A DNA stretch of 63,991 nucleotides, filler included, from Porpidia crustulata (lineage: Eukaryota): the NCBI GenBank assembly GCA_964255105.1. It is 4 parts of 4 records of this genome, joined end to end, with 100 filler letters (N's around TTAATTAATTAA, not from the genome) between each part and the next. Parts side by side here need not be neighbours in the genome. Positions count along the whole stretch, not along the records: positions 48,661 to 63,991 come from CAXUWE010000320.1; 3 more parts are not named here. The stretch is one strand, 5' to 3'. This document shows, one piece after another, positions 62,296 to 63,991 of the stretch. How positions within the stretch are numbered: the stretch's first letter is position 1; the number at the start of each line of letters is the position of its first letter. The notes beneath the pieces were generated by a model. It was not told where the DNA came from. It worked only from the letters and a program-made list of their open reading frames with translations, and searched no databases. The translations under genes were made by a program, and so were the position numbers.

Positions 62296-62358
62296 CCTCG
62301 GCCCGCTCCATCGTCATTTCTATCATCGGAGCTCCCACTCGTACATAAACCCCCTCGG
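62296..62358 (+). promoter_or_regulatory. Two CCTCGG FarA/FarB-type sites upstream of CRC1/acuH
   Basis: Exact hexamers at 62296-62301 and 62353-62358, within 100 bp of the ATG of a fatty-acid/acetate utilisation gene. Confidence 0.6.
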
Positions 62359-62395
62359 ACATTTTCTTTCCTAGCTTTCCCACACTCCTTTAGCT

Positions 62396-63553
62396 ATGTC
62401 TTCCTCCTCCTCGTCTACTCCCACGATACCATCCAAGGAAGAAGTCAAAGGAGAAGTCGTTGCTGCTACAAAGTCCACTCTCTCTGGCCTACGATCTCTG
62501 GCTGCGGGTGGTGTTGGTGGGGTGTGTGCGGTCGTTGTTGGACACCCGTTTGATCTGGTCAAAGTCCGATTACAAACTGCTGACAAGGGGGTATACACTG
62601 GTGCTCTCGATGTTGTACGGAAAACAATTGCAAGAGAGGGTTTGGCGCGGGTACGCCGCTACACTGCGAATCATTGGGGGATCATGATGCTGAGGAACCG
62701 AATTAGGGACTCTATGCGGGTGTCTCGGCGCCCTTGGTGGGCGTGACGCCAATGTGTGAGATGAGCAAGCCCAATCGAGTTCAGAGCTGCAATGCTGATG
62801 TACCTGCCCGCAGTCGCCGTCAGCTTTTGGGTACGCGATCGTTCTGCCCATCCTTTCAACCGAGCCCCAAGTCGGCCTGTCCACTAATCCTGCCCCAAGG
62901 GCTACGATGTTGGCAAATCACTCGTTCGCTCTTTCTCTCCTGAGACCACTCCCAAAACCCCATTTACAATCGCCCAAATCTCCGCCGCCGGCTTCTTCTC
63001 CGCCATCCCCATGACCATAATCACCGCCCCCTTTGAACGCGTCAAAGTTCTCCTCCAAATCCAAGGCCAGAAGCAACTCGCGCCTGGCGAGAAGCCCCGC
63101 TACTCCGGAGGCGTCGATGTGGTACGGCAGCTTTACAAAGAAGGCGGCATACGCTCCGTTTTCCGTGGCTCAGCCATGACCCTAGCTCGCGATGGTCCCG
63201 GCAGCGCCGCTTACTTCGCCACGTACGAGTATATCAAGCGGAAAATGACGCCCAAAGATGTAAATGGAAACCCATCTGGAGATTTGAGTTTGACTGCAGT
63301 AATGGTTGCCGGAGGCGCTGCAGGTGTAGCGATGTGGATCCCTGTGTTTCCCGTCGATACCGTCAAGAGTCGGTTGCAAAGCGCCGAAGGTCGACCGACG
63401 ATTGGCGGTACGATCAGTGGTTTGTATAGGAGTGGAGGGTTCAAGGCGTTCTTCCCCGGTATGGGACCGGCAATGACAAGGGCGGTGCCGGCGAACGCGG
63501 CGACGTTTCTGGGAGTGGAGCTGGCGCACAAGGCTATGGATAGAATGTTCTGA
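62396..63553 (+). CDS. CRC1: Mitochondrial carnitine/acylcarnitine carrier (AcuH/Crc1), 4 exons
   Basis: Three PxD/ExxKxR/L signatures (PFDLVKVR, PFERVKVL, PVDTVKSR), GVSAPLVGVTPM|FAVSFW, RDGPGSAAYF, RAVPANAATFLG. Confidence 0.96.
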
Positions 63554-63991
63554 TTTCAGCGATATGTATAAAATACAACTTCATTCTAGACTGTGGTATA
63601 GTCATGTTCCCAAACGCGCCACATTGAACTCGAGTCTTTCGAACGTTTCGATGGATTTCACCATCACCCAGTCAATCTATGTAGACAACTCGAACACGGA
63701 GAAATAAATGGCTTTAGACCAAAGTCCTAGATAGGCACCGCATCTTCCATGCTCTCCATAACACAGTAATCAGAAGTGCTAGTTCCATGCTCGAGTCGCC
63801 CTGAGCAACCCAACCCCTGAAATCAAGGCTCCGCTCCTTACCACCGCCGCTAGATAAATTTCTTAACTCCGAATCCCCGCCGCATCTCTCCCGCCCTCAT
63901 CCCATCCCAAGCTTCCAACCCAACCCAGGGCCTCCGTTCCCGTTTTGCGTATCCACTACAATTTTTGCAGACCGCACCAATGGTGCTCTCA

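Overview
Intron-containing genomic DNA from a filamentous ascomycete (Pezizomycotina; the finer placement in Eurotiomycetes/Chaetothyriomycetidae is only an impression from the proteins). The window is not one locus. Four contigs (16128+, 16125, 16107 and 15331+ bp, consistent with descending length order) are joined by identical 100-bp N44-TTAATTAATTAA-N44 linkers, so adjacency across linkers means nothing. Contig 1: USP34-like deubiquitinase, TMEM170-family protein, PEX8, partial STE14. Contig 2: two intronless orphan ORFs, about 9 kb of decayed gene relics, EMP24. Contig 3: MHP1-like LRR protein, SLIP-GC/NUGGC-type dynamin-like GTPase with an HMG-box-like N-terminal segment, a pseudogenised CYP7-like P450, GH72 gel1-like gene, partial GT8. 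Contig 4: uncharacterised membrane protein, MSC2-like zinc transporter, ALG1, TFIIIC delta subunit, hypothetical membrane protein, CRC1/acuH. I found no tRNA, rRNA, CRISPR array, intact transposon or biosynthetic cluster, and no clear multi-gene novel system. The best leads are about ten recurring C-rich to G-rich strand-skew switches that ignore gene orientation, the HMG-like/GTPase fusion, stem-closed long introns, a 3'UTR intron in EMP24, and several orphan or relic genes. Exon boundaries were inferred by eye from GT..CTRAY..YAG signals.
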